A program made the position numbers and the translations under genes. From Lingula anatina (lineage: Eukaryota; Animalia; Brachiopoda): 64,000 bases of DNA. Location of the stretch: contig CM120640.1 of assembly GCA_051362555.1 (NCBI GenBank), forward strand, positions 66,814,788 through 66,878,787, read 5' to 3'. Positions 47,294-58,809 of this stretch are shown piece by piece; the stretch's first letter is position 1, and every line of letters begins with the position of its first letter. The notes beneath the pieces are model-generated. The model was not told the origin of the DNA. It did no database searches and saw nothing but the letters and a program-made list of their open reading frames with translations.

Positions 47294-49081
47294 ATGAAGA
47301 ACATTCGTAGACCTTGTACAGCTCCTTCTCGAGCATGTTTCTCTGTTATTCCTAGGTGGCCGCTGGATGAGCTGCCCATGAGCCAAAGCCTCAGTCATAT
47401 ACAGGGTCAGATGGCAGAAAAACGAAGAGAAAGATACGATGACAACCAGACCGTGAAAAAGGCTCACGAAATGAGTGAAACTCTGAGGTCGTACGGAAAA
47501 GAAATGTTCAACTATGCAGTGGAAAAAGCAGCAACAGAAGGCTCCAATGTGGATTTACGAATCTCTGGTAAGAAATCACCTCACTCGGGACCTACAAAGA
47601 CTGGAAGTCCTATTTATAACAAAAAACCTGAACTCATGAACGCAATTAGAACACGACCGAAATCCGAATCAATTCATTCAACTTACAACCACCAGCGGTC
47701 CAAAACTCAGCCAAGTTTACAACAATATATCAGTAAACATAACAAGGAATACAACCTTGTCGGCAAGCCGGGAGAAGACTTTGATCTAAAGGACACGAAA
47801 TTTGTGCCGATTAATTTGGGGTTGCCGGATTCTCAATCGCCCCCGGAACTTCCCCCGTTTGACGATGCTGGATCGGACAATGAGGCATCGACAATCGCCG
47901 ATGAGCTTATGCCGGAATTAGAAAAACTCGTGGAAAGTGAAAAAGACATTGATGAGCCTCCTCCGACGCTCGATGAAAATGAAAACGAAAAGAAAGTTAT
48001 AAAGACTTCAAAAATAGATCAGAGTAAAAACACCCCGACTGAGCAGGTCAAACCAAAATTGAAAAAACAAGAGAGCGTTTCCAAAGAAGACACTGAACAA
48101 AAAGAAAAGAAAGGCAAAAAAACACCAACTGGCAAAAAGTCTTCCAGTGATAACAATCGGCCAAGCAGTCAGGCCAAATCTCCCGTAAAAGGGTCTAGAG
48201 CCAAGTAAGTTTCCACCTCTTTTTTTTTTAACATAATCATCTGGTGGGAATAGTGTTAAAATCTCAGTTGCTAGCTATTGATTAACTTAGAAACTGTCGC
48301 TTTGTACAGATTCGTGATACGATACTTCAGTTAAGGGAAGAGATTTAATCCTCTCGAGTGCTATTGATCTTATTGGTTTTCTACTTGGGATTATCATACA
48401 TAATACGGGGTTATAAGCTGGTGCTCGCTCGGAATCACATGCTTAATTAAATATAAATTCGAACACAGAACCTACTAGTTTATGGTTCATCGACTCGCGT
48501 GGTGTTCAGATAATGGTTCACAGATCAAAAGATCGGCAACCTTGTGGTAATTAACACCAGAAACGAACAACAGAATTATTATGTAAAACCTGTATTTCAG
48601 ATCAACAAGGCCGTCATCGAAACTCAGCAAACAGTCCACACAGGACACGGAGGAAGAGGAGGACGAGGAGGATGAAGAAGAAGAACCGCGCCCCTATTTC
48701 CACTGTTGGGTGGACGACATAACAGTCTCTAGCGTACAAGGGGATTTACCTGGGGACGCTGACGGCGATTTGCCGGAAAACCCAATTAATAAAGACGAAG
48801 GTGTAAAAGTTGCTCCAGACAATCTAGCACAGTTGGAGGAGGCAGCTGGAAAACTGGTTTCAATGGTGAATGGGGGAAATCCTGTCGAAGAAACCCTAGG
48901 AAAAGACTTGACGAAAGACGGTGGAGCAACGCCCGGAGCGAAATGTGAAACGGAACAAACACAAGAACTGCCTGACTATGTGTGCAGGATTTCAGAGCGG
49001 AAATCGAAAGAAATTGCAATAAAAGAATGGATAGAGAGCACGAGCTTTTCTCACGCAAGCAAGTCGATGCCTCTTGTCTAG
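47294..49081 (+). CDS. Uncharacterised, largely disordered charged protein (463 aa), 2 coding exons
   Basis: Exon 47294-48204 (donor AA|GTAAGT) joins 48601-49081 (TTTCAG acceptor) in frame, 1392 nt total. Lys-rich and acidic low-complexity tracts with a short hydrophobic C-terminal motif. Confidence 0.8.
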
Positions 49082-49131
49082 TCTCAAATACCCATTGACT
49101 TTTGTGAATTGTCAGATAAGTTAAACATCAG

Positions 49132-49300
49132 CAGGCCCGTAGCCAGGGGGGGTTCGGGGGGTTCGAAAGAACCGCCCCTTTTGCTGGGAAAAGGTCCACT
49201 CTGGGTAAAAATTGAACTAGGTATATTATTGTTTTTATGGGAAAAGGTCCACTTTTTCAGAAAAAGAACCCCCCTTTTGAAATTGCTGGCTACGGGCCTG
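49132..49300. mobile_element. 169-bp MITE with perfect 15-bp TIRs and 5-bp TSD
   Basis: CAGGCCCGTAGCCAG / CTGGCTACGGGCCTG flanked by ATCAG at 49127-49131 and 49301-49305; internal direct repeat GGAAAAGGTCCACT. Confidence 0.92.
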
Positions 49301-50427
49301 ATCAGTAACATACATTTGGGTCCTCTTAGCAAAAATTGGTTCAAACGATTCATTCCATTTTACATAATCTTATCAAAATATCAAGCGAAATGAACATGTT
49401 GAAAGGAAGAGCGCTTTCGTTTTGCAATACAAATCTTTGTAATTAATCATACTATGGATTAATTTGTTTAAACTTTAGAGTCAGTGGTAGCACCTGATAA
49501 AAAGTCAACAAAATTGGCCGTGACCCTCTAAAAATAACGTAACAGGTCACATTGCCGCGATTTCGATTTAGATAAAGTGAAAAAAGGTCAAATAGGCAAG
49601 ACCTTCAGCAGATGTGTTTATCATGCCAACTATTGCTCTGGTACTGCATCGTAACTAATGTTTCCCACGAGTAATCACTCTCTCAAATGCAATAAATAAA
49701 ACTTGAAAATATTTAGAAACGTCGCCATGGGTGCTTTTCTATTTTCTGACAACGTTGAGTGGGTACACCACGAAAACAAGGTCAACATCTGTTTGAGTGT
49801 GTCATATGAATGTGCAGTTGGCATCAACTTCAAATCTCTGAAATTTTGAAAGGTTTAGTTCATCATATTTTTGTCTTACATCTTCATAGTTCTCATTTAA
49901 AAACCTATACTAATGTCTCAAAAGGCACGTTTAACTGTTTTGAACAGAATCAAGAAGTTTGCGGGTCAATGAGATAATGGACAAAAAAAAAAAAAAAAAC
50001 GCTAGAAAGCTGTTGAAGACATCAAGACATTTTAAACTGTTTCTGCCACGTGTCCTACAAATTTTCTTCAAAGGGACTTTAATGTCTAACACAACCATAG
50101 TAATATTATTTTTTTTATAAATCATACGGTGTAAAGCGCCTACAGCTGGATTCTAATGCAGTTATAAACGTTCTCGTTTAGCAATGCCGCGAAACATATC
50201 CAGACATCATGTAACGTGTTCATGCTATCGGTTGTGGAACACACTAGTATTAGATATGGGGTGTTCAGATATTATAGCACATCTACAACGGGGTAATTCA
50301 AAACAGCTTTTATTAATATTTATATTAACTCTACATTGCTTCAACATGTCTAAGGCCTCGATACATATATGGAATTTTTCTAACAAATATTGAGTGGCTT
50401 TCCAGATTTTTTTTTATTTTGGCAAAT

Positions 50428-52822
50428 CTATGAAAATTTAGGAAATACTGGAATGGTAACCGCGTTATGGTTATTTAAATAATAATCCAAATGCAAGACT
50501 TCATCAAATTTTCCTGATATGAGATCAAAACTTTCAATAACATTGCACTCCTCCCCAGCGACAACAAATATCGTATCTTGGACAATGCAAGCGCTACCCA
50601 GTGCTTTCCTAAACTTTCCCCGTTTGCTGAATTTCTTTGCCACTGTATCAAATTCTAGAAGGTCCAAGATGTACTGTCCAGTAAGGTAGATAACATTCCC
50701 TCTAGTCATTGCACAATGGAGGCCATTTTCAAATGGCAGTGGAATTTTTAAGTGTATCCAATAATCCAGTGTAGGTTCGTAACATTGTATATCATGTTTG
50801 ATGACATACAGTTTATCATTGCATACAGCAGCAGCAGCAGAGTACTGGGGTGTCAGCAATGCTGCACACTTGATCCACTGACCTGTCAATTGTGAGATGA
50901 AAAATACTCTTCATCTTCATTATCACAATAATAATAATAATAATATTTATTTATTCCTTTCTTAAGAGTAGAATTACTCACACATGCCATTACTTCTGAA
51001 CATTGAAAAACATTATTAAAAAGCATTTTCATTTTGAGAGAGAAAGAGCTGGGCAGTGAGAACTTCAATCCTGATGAAGCTAGAAAATCCTGTACTTTTT
51101 TTGGGGGGGTGGGGGGGGGGGAATTGGCCCCTTCACCTCACTGTGCAGCCCTTTGTTAAACTGATAAGATGAAAGTATCTGATTTGATTGTTAATCACAA
51201 CCACTGCATACCTGTCTTAGTGTTGTACTTTTCCACACTATCCAGTACTAGCCTGTGTCTTCCAAACCCACCAACCAAATAAAAGCTTTCATCCCAGACA
51301 CAGAGCCCGTGGTGCCTTCGAGGCTGACGAAGCTGTGTAATAATTTCCCATTGTTCTGATATGCTGTCAAACTTCCATACATCATAGAACCATTGGTTGT
51401 GCCCAAGTTTTGCTTCTCCGCCAGTAACATATAAATCCTTACCTAGAATTGAATAATGAAGGCATAACAATTTTTTTTTTTTGCATTTTAACATAAACTT
51501 TACTTCAAGATCATCTTTGAATTCCAACAGGTTGCACCAAATTCTTAATACAATAAATAAAAAAGACTTTTACGTTCTACATTGTATTTCTCAAATGAAC
51601 ATTAATGAACATGATATATAAAATGACAATAATCATGACAGAGAAAAATGTAAATTTATCAAACAGACATCTAACTTTTATATCAAAATTTTACCTATGA
51701 CACATGCTTTGCTACCATTGATCTGTTTTGAATTTGAAAAAACATTTTTCAGACTACACAGTTCCTGCAGCAGTCCCTGGTCAGGGTCTAAATACTGGAC
51801 ACTGAGGTTGGGCTGAACATCACCATTTTCAAGAGGGGCATGGTTCCCACCAACTATGCCCAATCTCAGGGGGATGCCTCTGGGATCCTGTGAAATAACA
51901 AGTCGATCAAAAATTAAATCCCATGTTTGATTCAGATTTCTTCTTTAAAGCAAAAAGGAAGAAAAAATTATAAGCAGCTGTTCATTCTACACACATTATT
52001 TCTAAGTCAAACAAGTTTAAATTTATTTCTAAGATACTTTTGTTTTGGCCAAACATTTTAAACATGATGGAAATACAGTCAACTTACACTGACCTTTTTG
52101 AAATCTGCCACTGCTGCCATCTTAAAATATTCCTTGAGCATATTCTGGATCTCTGCATTTGATTTTACTAATGGACACATTTCTATAACTTCTTGAATCT
52201 CATTTGATGCAATGAGTTCAAATCTCACCAGCTTTAATATAACTGGGAGTTGACCAAGCCTTTCATCTTTGTCATATTCAATCCATCTGAGGACACACCA
52301 CAATACATTAGCCTCACTAGACATCTGTAGATATTCACAACTTAAGTAGTCAGTCAAAGCTCGGACATCTATTTGCATAAACTCATCCTGCTGGGTAACC
52401 TCCTCAAAAAACCAGACTGCCCACCTTTTGGCCTGATTGTACAGGTTTTTCAGTGATAAAATATCTGCCAGATACATACTTCGCAAGCAGTTTGCAGTTC
52501 CAAGGTGTTTCAATAGAAATGAGCTACATTTGTCGGAAACGTTTGAAAACTGATACATGCATGCAGTTTCCAAAAGAGCATAAACATTATCCCAGGTTAT
52601 GGATATGTCTTGGTTATTGGCAAACTTTATCAAGAGCTCCACGGATTCATATGAAGCTCCTTTAAGGTTGACACAATTGGCTGTGCTCTCCATCATGTCA
52701 CTGTTAAACATTGCCTCAAAGTACGGACTGGCCTTCCTGAGTACGTCTCTGCCACACTGCAGAGAGTGACCGTCAACCACCAAAGTTATTTGGTCATCTG
52801 TGGACTGTGAGATGTCTGCCAT
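50428..52822 (-). CDS. Kelch-like protein (BTB-BACK-Kelch, CUL3 adaptor family), 4 coding exons
   Basis: Exon 52094-52822 BTB+BACK (VLRKASPYFEAMFNSDMMES; CVLRWIEYDKDER); 51695-51887 (DPRG...IVGG); ~51212-51442 (LYVTGG...PRRHHG...YLVGG...VEKYN); 50428-~50882 (KLYVI...IQCYEP). Confidence 0.92.
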
Positions 52823-54457
52823 CTTGTATTTCCTGATTTTTCTGAAGGCAGAGCATTATGTCATTTACTACGAAAGTATAGCCATTAACTGAATTATTAG
52901 ATAACGATTTAAAATTAAATACACTTTCAGAAATATCATTCTGACTGAAAAATTCAATATCAGGCTAATTCTTACATTCAGTGTTTTCAAATGCATAACC
53001 ACGTCTGCATCAGAAATGCACACTTATTGGTTTATTCAATTTAACATTTATCTGAATTACTATAAATAAGTATAACATTTCTTGAAGTTCCATCTAGGCG
53101 CTGATCTTAACTAACAAAATAGGTTATCTATTTTTAAATGGAAGACATACCTTTTATAGGCTATCCGATCTTCACATCCAGTCTTCAATTTCTTGAACAA
53201 CAGTGGTTAACCTACAGACAATGAAACATTGAAATTAAATCTATATTATTCAATGGCACAACAATAACCCAAGGTGCATTCATGAAAAATAATTGTACTA
53301 TCTAATAAAAACAACTTTAAGTCTCCACTTCCACTTTTTCACCATGTCTGATTTAATTTTGTACATTAAGACCTGAGCTTAGTTCATTAGGAATACTGAA
53401 AGCAGATAATTATTATTACTATACCTTTAAAATTAAAATTCCTAGCACTATGTGGCAGGATTGAGAATTTTTTCCTTAAAGAGGCAAATTAACTGAAATA
53501 AAGTGTCATATTGCTGATTTTATCCAATTGGAGACATAAATAGTTTACATAAAATATTAATTATCATAAGTAATATATTTTATTTATATATATATAATTA
53601 AGCACTTTGTTGTCAGATTATCCTTTAACATCAACTGTTTGGGCATTTGGTATAGACTAAAGGTAAAATTTACAGCCATTGAGCACGCTTTTGTGGTATC
53701 ATGTCTCAAGTCATTTCTTTCTGTCTAGACAACAATTTCATTTGTGGTCTGTTGCATGCCACTTGGAATATTACAGTCACACGCCACAAACTGAGTGGCT
53801 GCTAAACTTAACACTAAAACGAGAATACATTTGTGATAGTGAGTTTTAAGTGATATGCACAAGTGTGAAGCATGAGTGGATGACACAGCAGACATGGGGA
53901 AACTGACAGTCTGACCCAACATTAACCTCTGAAAAGCCAGAAGACCAGCAAGATTTTGGATGATGCAGTTCCTCTGGACTGGCAACATAAATGTGGAAAT
54001 ACCATACATAAAAGTAAATCATATGTAAATATCGACCTATGGACAAAATTAAAAGGACATGCAGATTTCTTGTAGTGCAGGTCCTCCAGACCTTCAGTAC
54101 CTCCAAAGTTTTCCCCATGTTTGTCACAGTGTGGTGGCCAGTGGTGTATCCAACCTGTTCCATGGCAGATGTCGATGACAACATACAGGCATGGTGTAAC
54201 TCAGGATCATGCATCCTGTACATATGCAAAAACACCATGTCTGGGTCTTTTTTTTTTCTTGAACATCTGCCATAGTATAAGGATCATAGGTCTCTGGTTT
54301 TCCCCAATGATTTGGATGATTTTTTATATTATTATTATTATTATTTTGCTTTTGGAAAAGTCTAACACTTTCAAAATTGACCTCTAATGTACTCTACTGT
54401 GTAGAGAAAACTATCACAGAATCTCTGATGAAACAATTACTGCAACCAACTCAGGGC

Positions 54458-54715
54458 TACCCAACTACCAAACTCGGCACCAAATGATCCTGAATTCACC
54501 AGTAGATTGGACCACACTACCCTTTTTCAAGGTGTGCATCAGTACACATTTCCAAATATCATACCCTGGAACAAATTTTGAGATGAGATGCACTAGTTGC
54601 CAACCCCGCTGAGGATCATCAGTATCACATCGTGTACACTCCTTAAAAATGGGTAGTGTAGTCCGATCTACCGGTGAATTCAGGATCATTCAGTGCTGAG
54701 TCTGGTAGTTGGGTA
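54458..54715. mobile_element. 258-bp MITE with ~80-bp imperfect TIRs, TA-flanked
   Basis: TACCCAACTACCA...AATGATCCTGAATTCACC...ACACTACCC mirrors GGGTAGTGT...GGTGAATTCAGGATCATT...TGGTAGTTGGGTA. Confidence 0.88.
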
Positions 54716-54814
54716 GGCCTGCAACTGCATATGTTTTATAAAAAAATTGAATCTTCAAAATTTTATTGAAATGAATTTATTACCCGAATACTGTAAAACA
54801 AATAATCAGTGACT

Positions 54815-56023
54815 TCACTCTTCAGGGTATTCATGATCATATTTCAACTTAACATCAGGAACCAAGTCTCTGATATGAGTTGTAGGTAGGTACCATATCA
54901 ATTGCTCAGTGGGTAGGTAAGTGTGGATCCAGTGATGAACAGAAAACGAATACGGTGCAGGTTTTTCTCTCAATTTTTTTATATAAAAGCTAACACAAGC
55001 CTCTTTTTGTTTCCTTGTCAGTTTCTCAACATTTTTACATCTGGACCTGAAGTAAAATGGTTTGTAAGGGTCAGTGGTTGGAATAAAGTATTCAGCTGGG
55101 GCCAGAAACACTCCGTCACCATTTGTATCTGATATATTTCTGCGAGAATATTCCTTCCAAACGCTAGTGAGAAAATGTGGGCCAGTGCTGTCCAGTAGGT
55201 CCCACATGTGAGAAAAGTCTGGCAGCCTTTCTACCACCAACTTAAAGAATGGATGCCCAGGTCTGCAGCCCATGATGGCATTGATTGCAAGATGTTCATT
55301 ATTGGTGTCCAGAAGGGAATGCTCAGGTGGCTCTTGTCCAAGAAAACAGTTATATTTGTAAGTCAGCGGATCTACTGGTCTCACAGCTTGCATGTCAGTA
55401 TCTGCATAAAGTCCCCCAAAGTGGTACAAAATGAAATACCTCATGGAATCAGCTCGACGAATGTTCTGCATATAGTTATCATACATGGAGAGATATGGAG
55501 GAAATGTTGTTCTGATGAACTCTCTGGCACCGTGATCAGTCCAAAACCAATACTCCCAGTCTGGGTGCACTTGCTTCCAAGACTTCACCCAAGCTGTCAC
55601 CCGAGAGGGGACATAGGGATCTTTCCAAGTCTGATGAATAATTTTTGGTATTTTGTGTTTCCCAGTAGGTGGCAACTTTTCAAAAGGAACTAAAGTTGGA
55701 TTCAGTGTTGGGTCATATAGCCTTGAATGAAGTATCCACAAGTCTATGGAATTTAATATCTTCAATAGTAGCAATATCACCAACACAGCTGCCGCTATGT
55801 ATGCAATTATCCTTCTGCATTTGTTCTTGAAGGGAATGTTTCTAGCACCTCTCCTATTATTGCAGAGTTTAAGACAAGATCTTACCATCTTGATAGAGTG
55901 TCCAGCAGTCCAAAGACTGCACAGGTATAAACTGTACAATAATGTGACACACCTGGAGATGTTCCCTGGCCTGCCAATCTGATCACATGGACCCTCTATC
56001 ATAACAGCAACATCACTGGTCAT
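54815..56023 (-). CDS. Glycosyltransferase family 32 (DXD; MIPC synthase SUR1/OCH1-like) membrane protein, intronless CDS
   Basis: TM segment IIAYIAAAVLVILLLLKIL; IPKIIHQTWK; HPDWEYWFWTD; RADSMRYFILYHFGGLYADTD; N-x-x-MGCRPGHPFF; STGPHFLT; HHWIHTY. Acceptor ...TTTTTATTCAAG at 56033 precedes the ATG at 56023 (start codon uncertain). AATAAA ~50 nt after the stop. Confidence 0.9.
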   Translation of the reverse strand: MTSDVAVMIEGPCDQIGRPGNISRCVTLLYSLYLCSLWTAGHSIKMVRSCLKLCNNRRGARNIPFKNKCRRIIAYIAAAVLVILLLLKILNSIDLWILHSRLYDPTLNPTLVPFEKLPPTGKHKIPKIIHQTWKDPYVPSRVTAWVKSWKQVHPDWEYWFWTDHGAREFIRTTFPPYLSMYDNYMQNIRRADSMRYFILYHFGGLYADTDMQAVRPVDPLTYKYNCFLGQEPPEHSLLDTNNEHLAINAIMGCRPGHPFFKLVVERLPDFSHMWDLLDSTGPHFLTSVWKEYSRRNISDTNGDGVFLAPAEYFIPTTDPYKPFYFRSRCKNVEKLTRKQKEACVSFYIKKLREKPAPYSFSVHHWIHTYLPTEQLIWYLPTTHIRDLVPDVKLKYDHEYPEE

Positions 56024-57059
56024 GAGCCCTCCCTTGAATAAAAACAAAAAGTTCATAAAATTCCATATTACAGGTAGATTATTATGCTACCTTACACTTT
56101 CTCAAAGATTTGGTCTCAGTAGTTTGCATTTGCTTCTTACTGCAGTGCCCTGGTACATACATGAACTATAATATTAGTGATAAACATAAATATAGGGGGT
56201 CACCTTGTTACATCCCAGATCTTGACAGATGATTTGAAAAAAAAAGAACACTTGAGTTTTTGGAATTGCCTAGTATTCAACCTCACATAATATGCAGGTA
56301 AGATCTTACAATGCCCTGTGCTACAAACTCTTTAGGCGACATGTTCAGTCACTTTAAAAAGTCATTTATAAATGATACTGTAGCACTGCAATATAGCTAG
56401 GAATAAAAAACTAAAATATTATGAAACTGGTGCAAGAATCAATACAAAAGAACCTTAATTGTGCAAAGAACACACAAATTTCCACGGCCTCAAGAGCCTG
56501 TAACACAGAGTGTTATGAAGCCTTATCTGCAATAAGTATACTTACTAGTAACATGTAAGGCTGAAAAATTATTCAAAATTCAAAGGCGTACTTTTTTTAA
56601 TTAAAACTGTTGTATTTATAATAAAGTTTTTAAATTAATTTTTAGATTACATTCTTACCAAGGGGAAGTTATACTGTGACGGAGTGACGATGTTGGGGCA
56701 TAAAATTATGTATCCATATTACACAACTTGACAAATACTACATATTTGGCCACATGTTGTCCTCTAGAATAAGCCAGTCATCATTCATGAATCAATATTT
56801 CGGACCACAGTCATAAGATCATTATCTATGCTAAGTATATAATAAATTCCTTCAATGTCTAAGCTCATTATTGAACAGAAAAGAGCTAACTAAGCTCTTT
56901 CCTGTAGGAAAATATCCAGGAAGATGAATGGAGTGAGGAACACGTTTCATTACCTACGGTTCTGGCTGCGGGTATACATCGATGTGACTCAATTATCCAT
57001 CTTGTCGCTATTATCAAGATGAGCCTACGATCCAGATTTCTACTGAAATAATTTCAGAT

Positions 57060-57276
57060 GCCCTTTCAAAGCGTAAAATTGACATCATTCATTTTCATTC
57101 TTATATCTATGACCAATTAGGTATGCAGCATCTACAAATCATTATAGTTTATCTTTTGTTAATACATCTACGTCGTGTCTTGGGACCCGTATGAGCCAAT
57201 CGTTTGACTGAAATTTACATCGAGGGAATTTGAATGTGTGAGAACCTGGCAAAAGCAATTTGTTTAAAACCTCAAC
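57060..57276. promoter_or_regulatory. Divergent promoter with a G2/M-type signature (CCAAT boxes + CHR)
   Basis: CCAAT at 57113-57117 and 57196-57200 and CHR TTTGAA at 57229-57234, just upstream of the DLGAP5-like ATG. CpG-retaining; the GT32 and Kelch genes lie divergently. Confidence 0.65.
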
Positions 57277-58761
57277 ATGGAAAAGTGTTTTAAAGGAGGT
57301 GAGCATGCGGCCTCCTTCAAGAAAAAATCAAGCACAATCGACAAGAGGGCATTAAGAGCTCATCGCAAATCCATTGACCGGCAAAACAAACGAGATGACC
57401 AGCTAAACAAGCGAAGAAAGATGCCAGCCGTGCTCTCTCCTTTGGTTGAGATCGACCAAAACAAAGCAGGGGAAGATGTCAGGAAAAAAGGAGAGGGTGA
57501 AACTCCCAAGAGAAAGCCAAGATGTGAAACTCCCAGGAGCAAACCTAGAGGTAATTTTACGCAATTAATATTCCGTTATCGTTTTGAATAATGTCATCGC
57601 TGCATTTCAAACGTGTATGATTCGAAAACAAATGTGCTGTATTATGGTCGTGACTGGATTTGACATGGATTAGTCTGTCAGTTTGGTTTATGACCCACGC
57701 AGCAAAATATATTGAAATATGGGTATGTTGGTGTTATTCTCCAATTCCAATTAATAATAATAAAACACTGTACACCGATTAATATGCTAGTAGTAGTAGT
57801 AGTAGCAAGGGTGAATATGGGCATTTTTACAATCCTGGGCTCCTTTTTTTCCCACCAAGGGTCAAAAATAGAAGTCATTTTTGTGTTGAAATGTGTACTT
57901 TTCTTGAAAGTATAGACCTGAAGGGTATAAGAAATGACAATCCCGAGATAAAACCTTGTGTATGTATAAAGATATGATAATTTGAATTTTGAAAATCATT
58001 TTTTTAATTTTCATAAGCTAAACCTTGAAGTGTGTGACTTTTATGGTAATTTAAGGTATTGATCTCCAAAAAACCACTTAGTTTTACTCAGAGAGTATTG
58101 CTCTTTTATGTATTTGCAAAAAAAAATGGATGAAAATATCCAAAATTTGACGAATCAATGACATTTTGCAATTTTCCTGTTTCAGTATTTAATGTGACTC
58201 CATGAAGTTTTTGATTCTGAGATATTCTGAGGACTTCTGTACTTCACTTTACCTTGCATTAGTTCTTTATTTTATGCTTCATGATTGTGTAAAATATTAT
58301 TTTGCACGGACATGTGTGCTAATTGCAGTGTCATGTTAAAATAAATGTCCTTTCCGAAACATCCCTGTTTCGGAAAGGACATTTTTTTAACATTTATGAT
58401 ATTGTTTTAATATATTGTAGTATTTGAGTTTTTATAAGTTTTAGGTGAAGTCTTTGAATACCTGGGCAAAATAGGTGAATTGAAGTCTTTTTATTACATT
58501 TTGTGCTTGTTTTGTCTATTTTGTACCAGTAATTCATTACTGGAATTTTATTTTATTAAATATTGATTCTGAGATATATTCCAGGTATTCTTTACGCCAT
58601 TATACCTTATTTCAGTTTCTTTTGTTACAGTGCATAGCTGTATAAAATATTATTTGACAAGGTCAGGTTTAAATTTAGTAATTACATTTTTAAATATGTC
58701 CTTTTAGGCATGTCCTGTGTTTCGGAATGGACATTTATTTAACATTAACGAAAATGCTAAA

Positions 58762-58809
<48 letters not shown>

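Noticed and set aside
51072-51090. Hammerhead ribozyme core-like CTGATGA...GAAA
   Set aside because: No stems I and III or cleavage triplet can be assembled.
55208-55693. 161-aa plus-strand ORF and other antisense ORFs (5744-5986, 42621-43013, 48786-49058)
   Set aside because: Shadow frames opposite real coding exons, with no independent motifs.
56024-56056. ORF-track N-terminus MNFLFLFK of the glycosyltransferase
   Set aside because: Reads through a polypyrimidine tract and acceptor, so it is most likely intronic.
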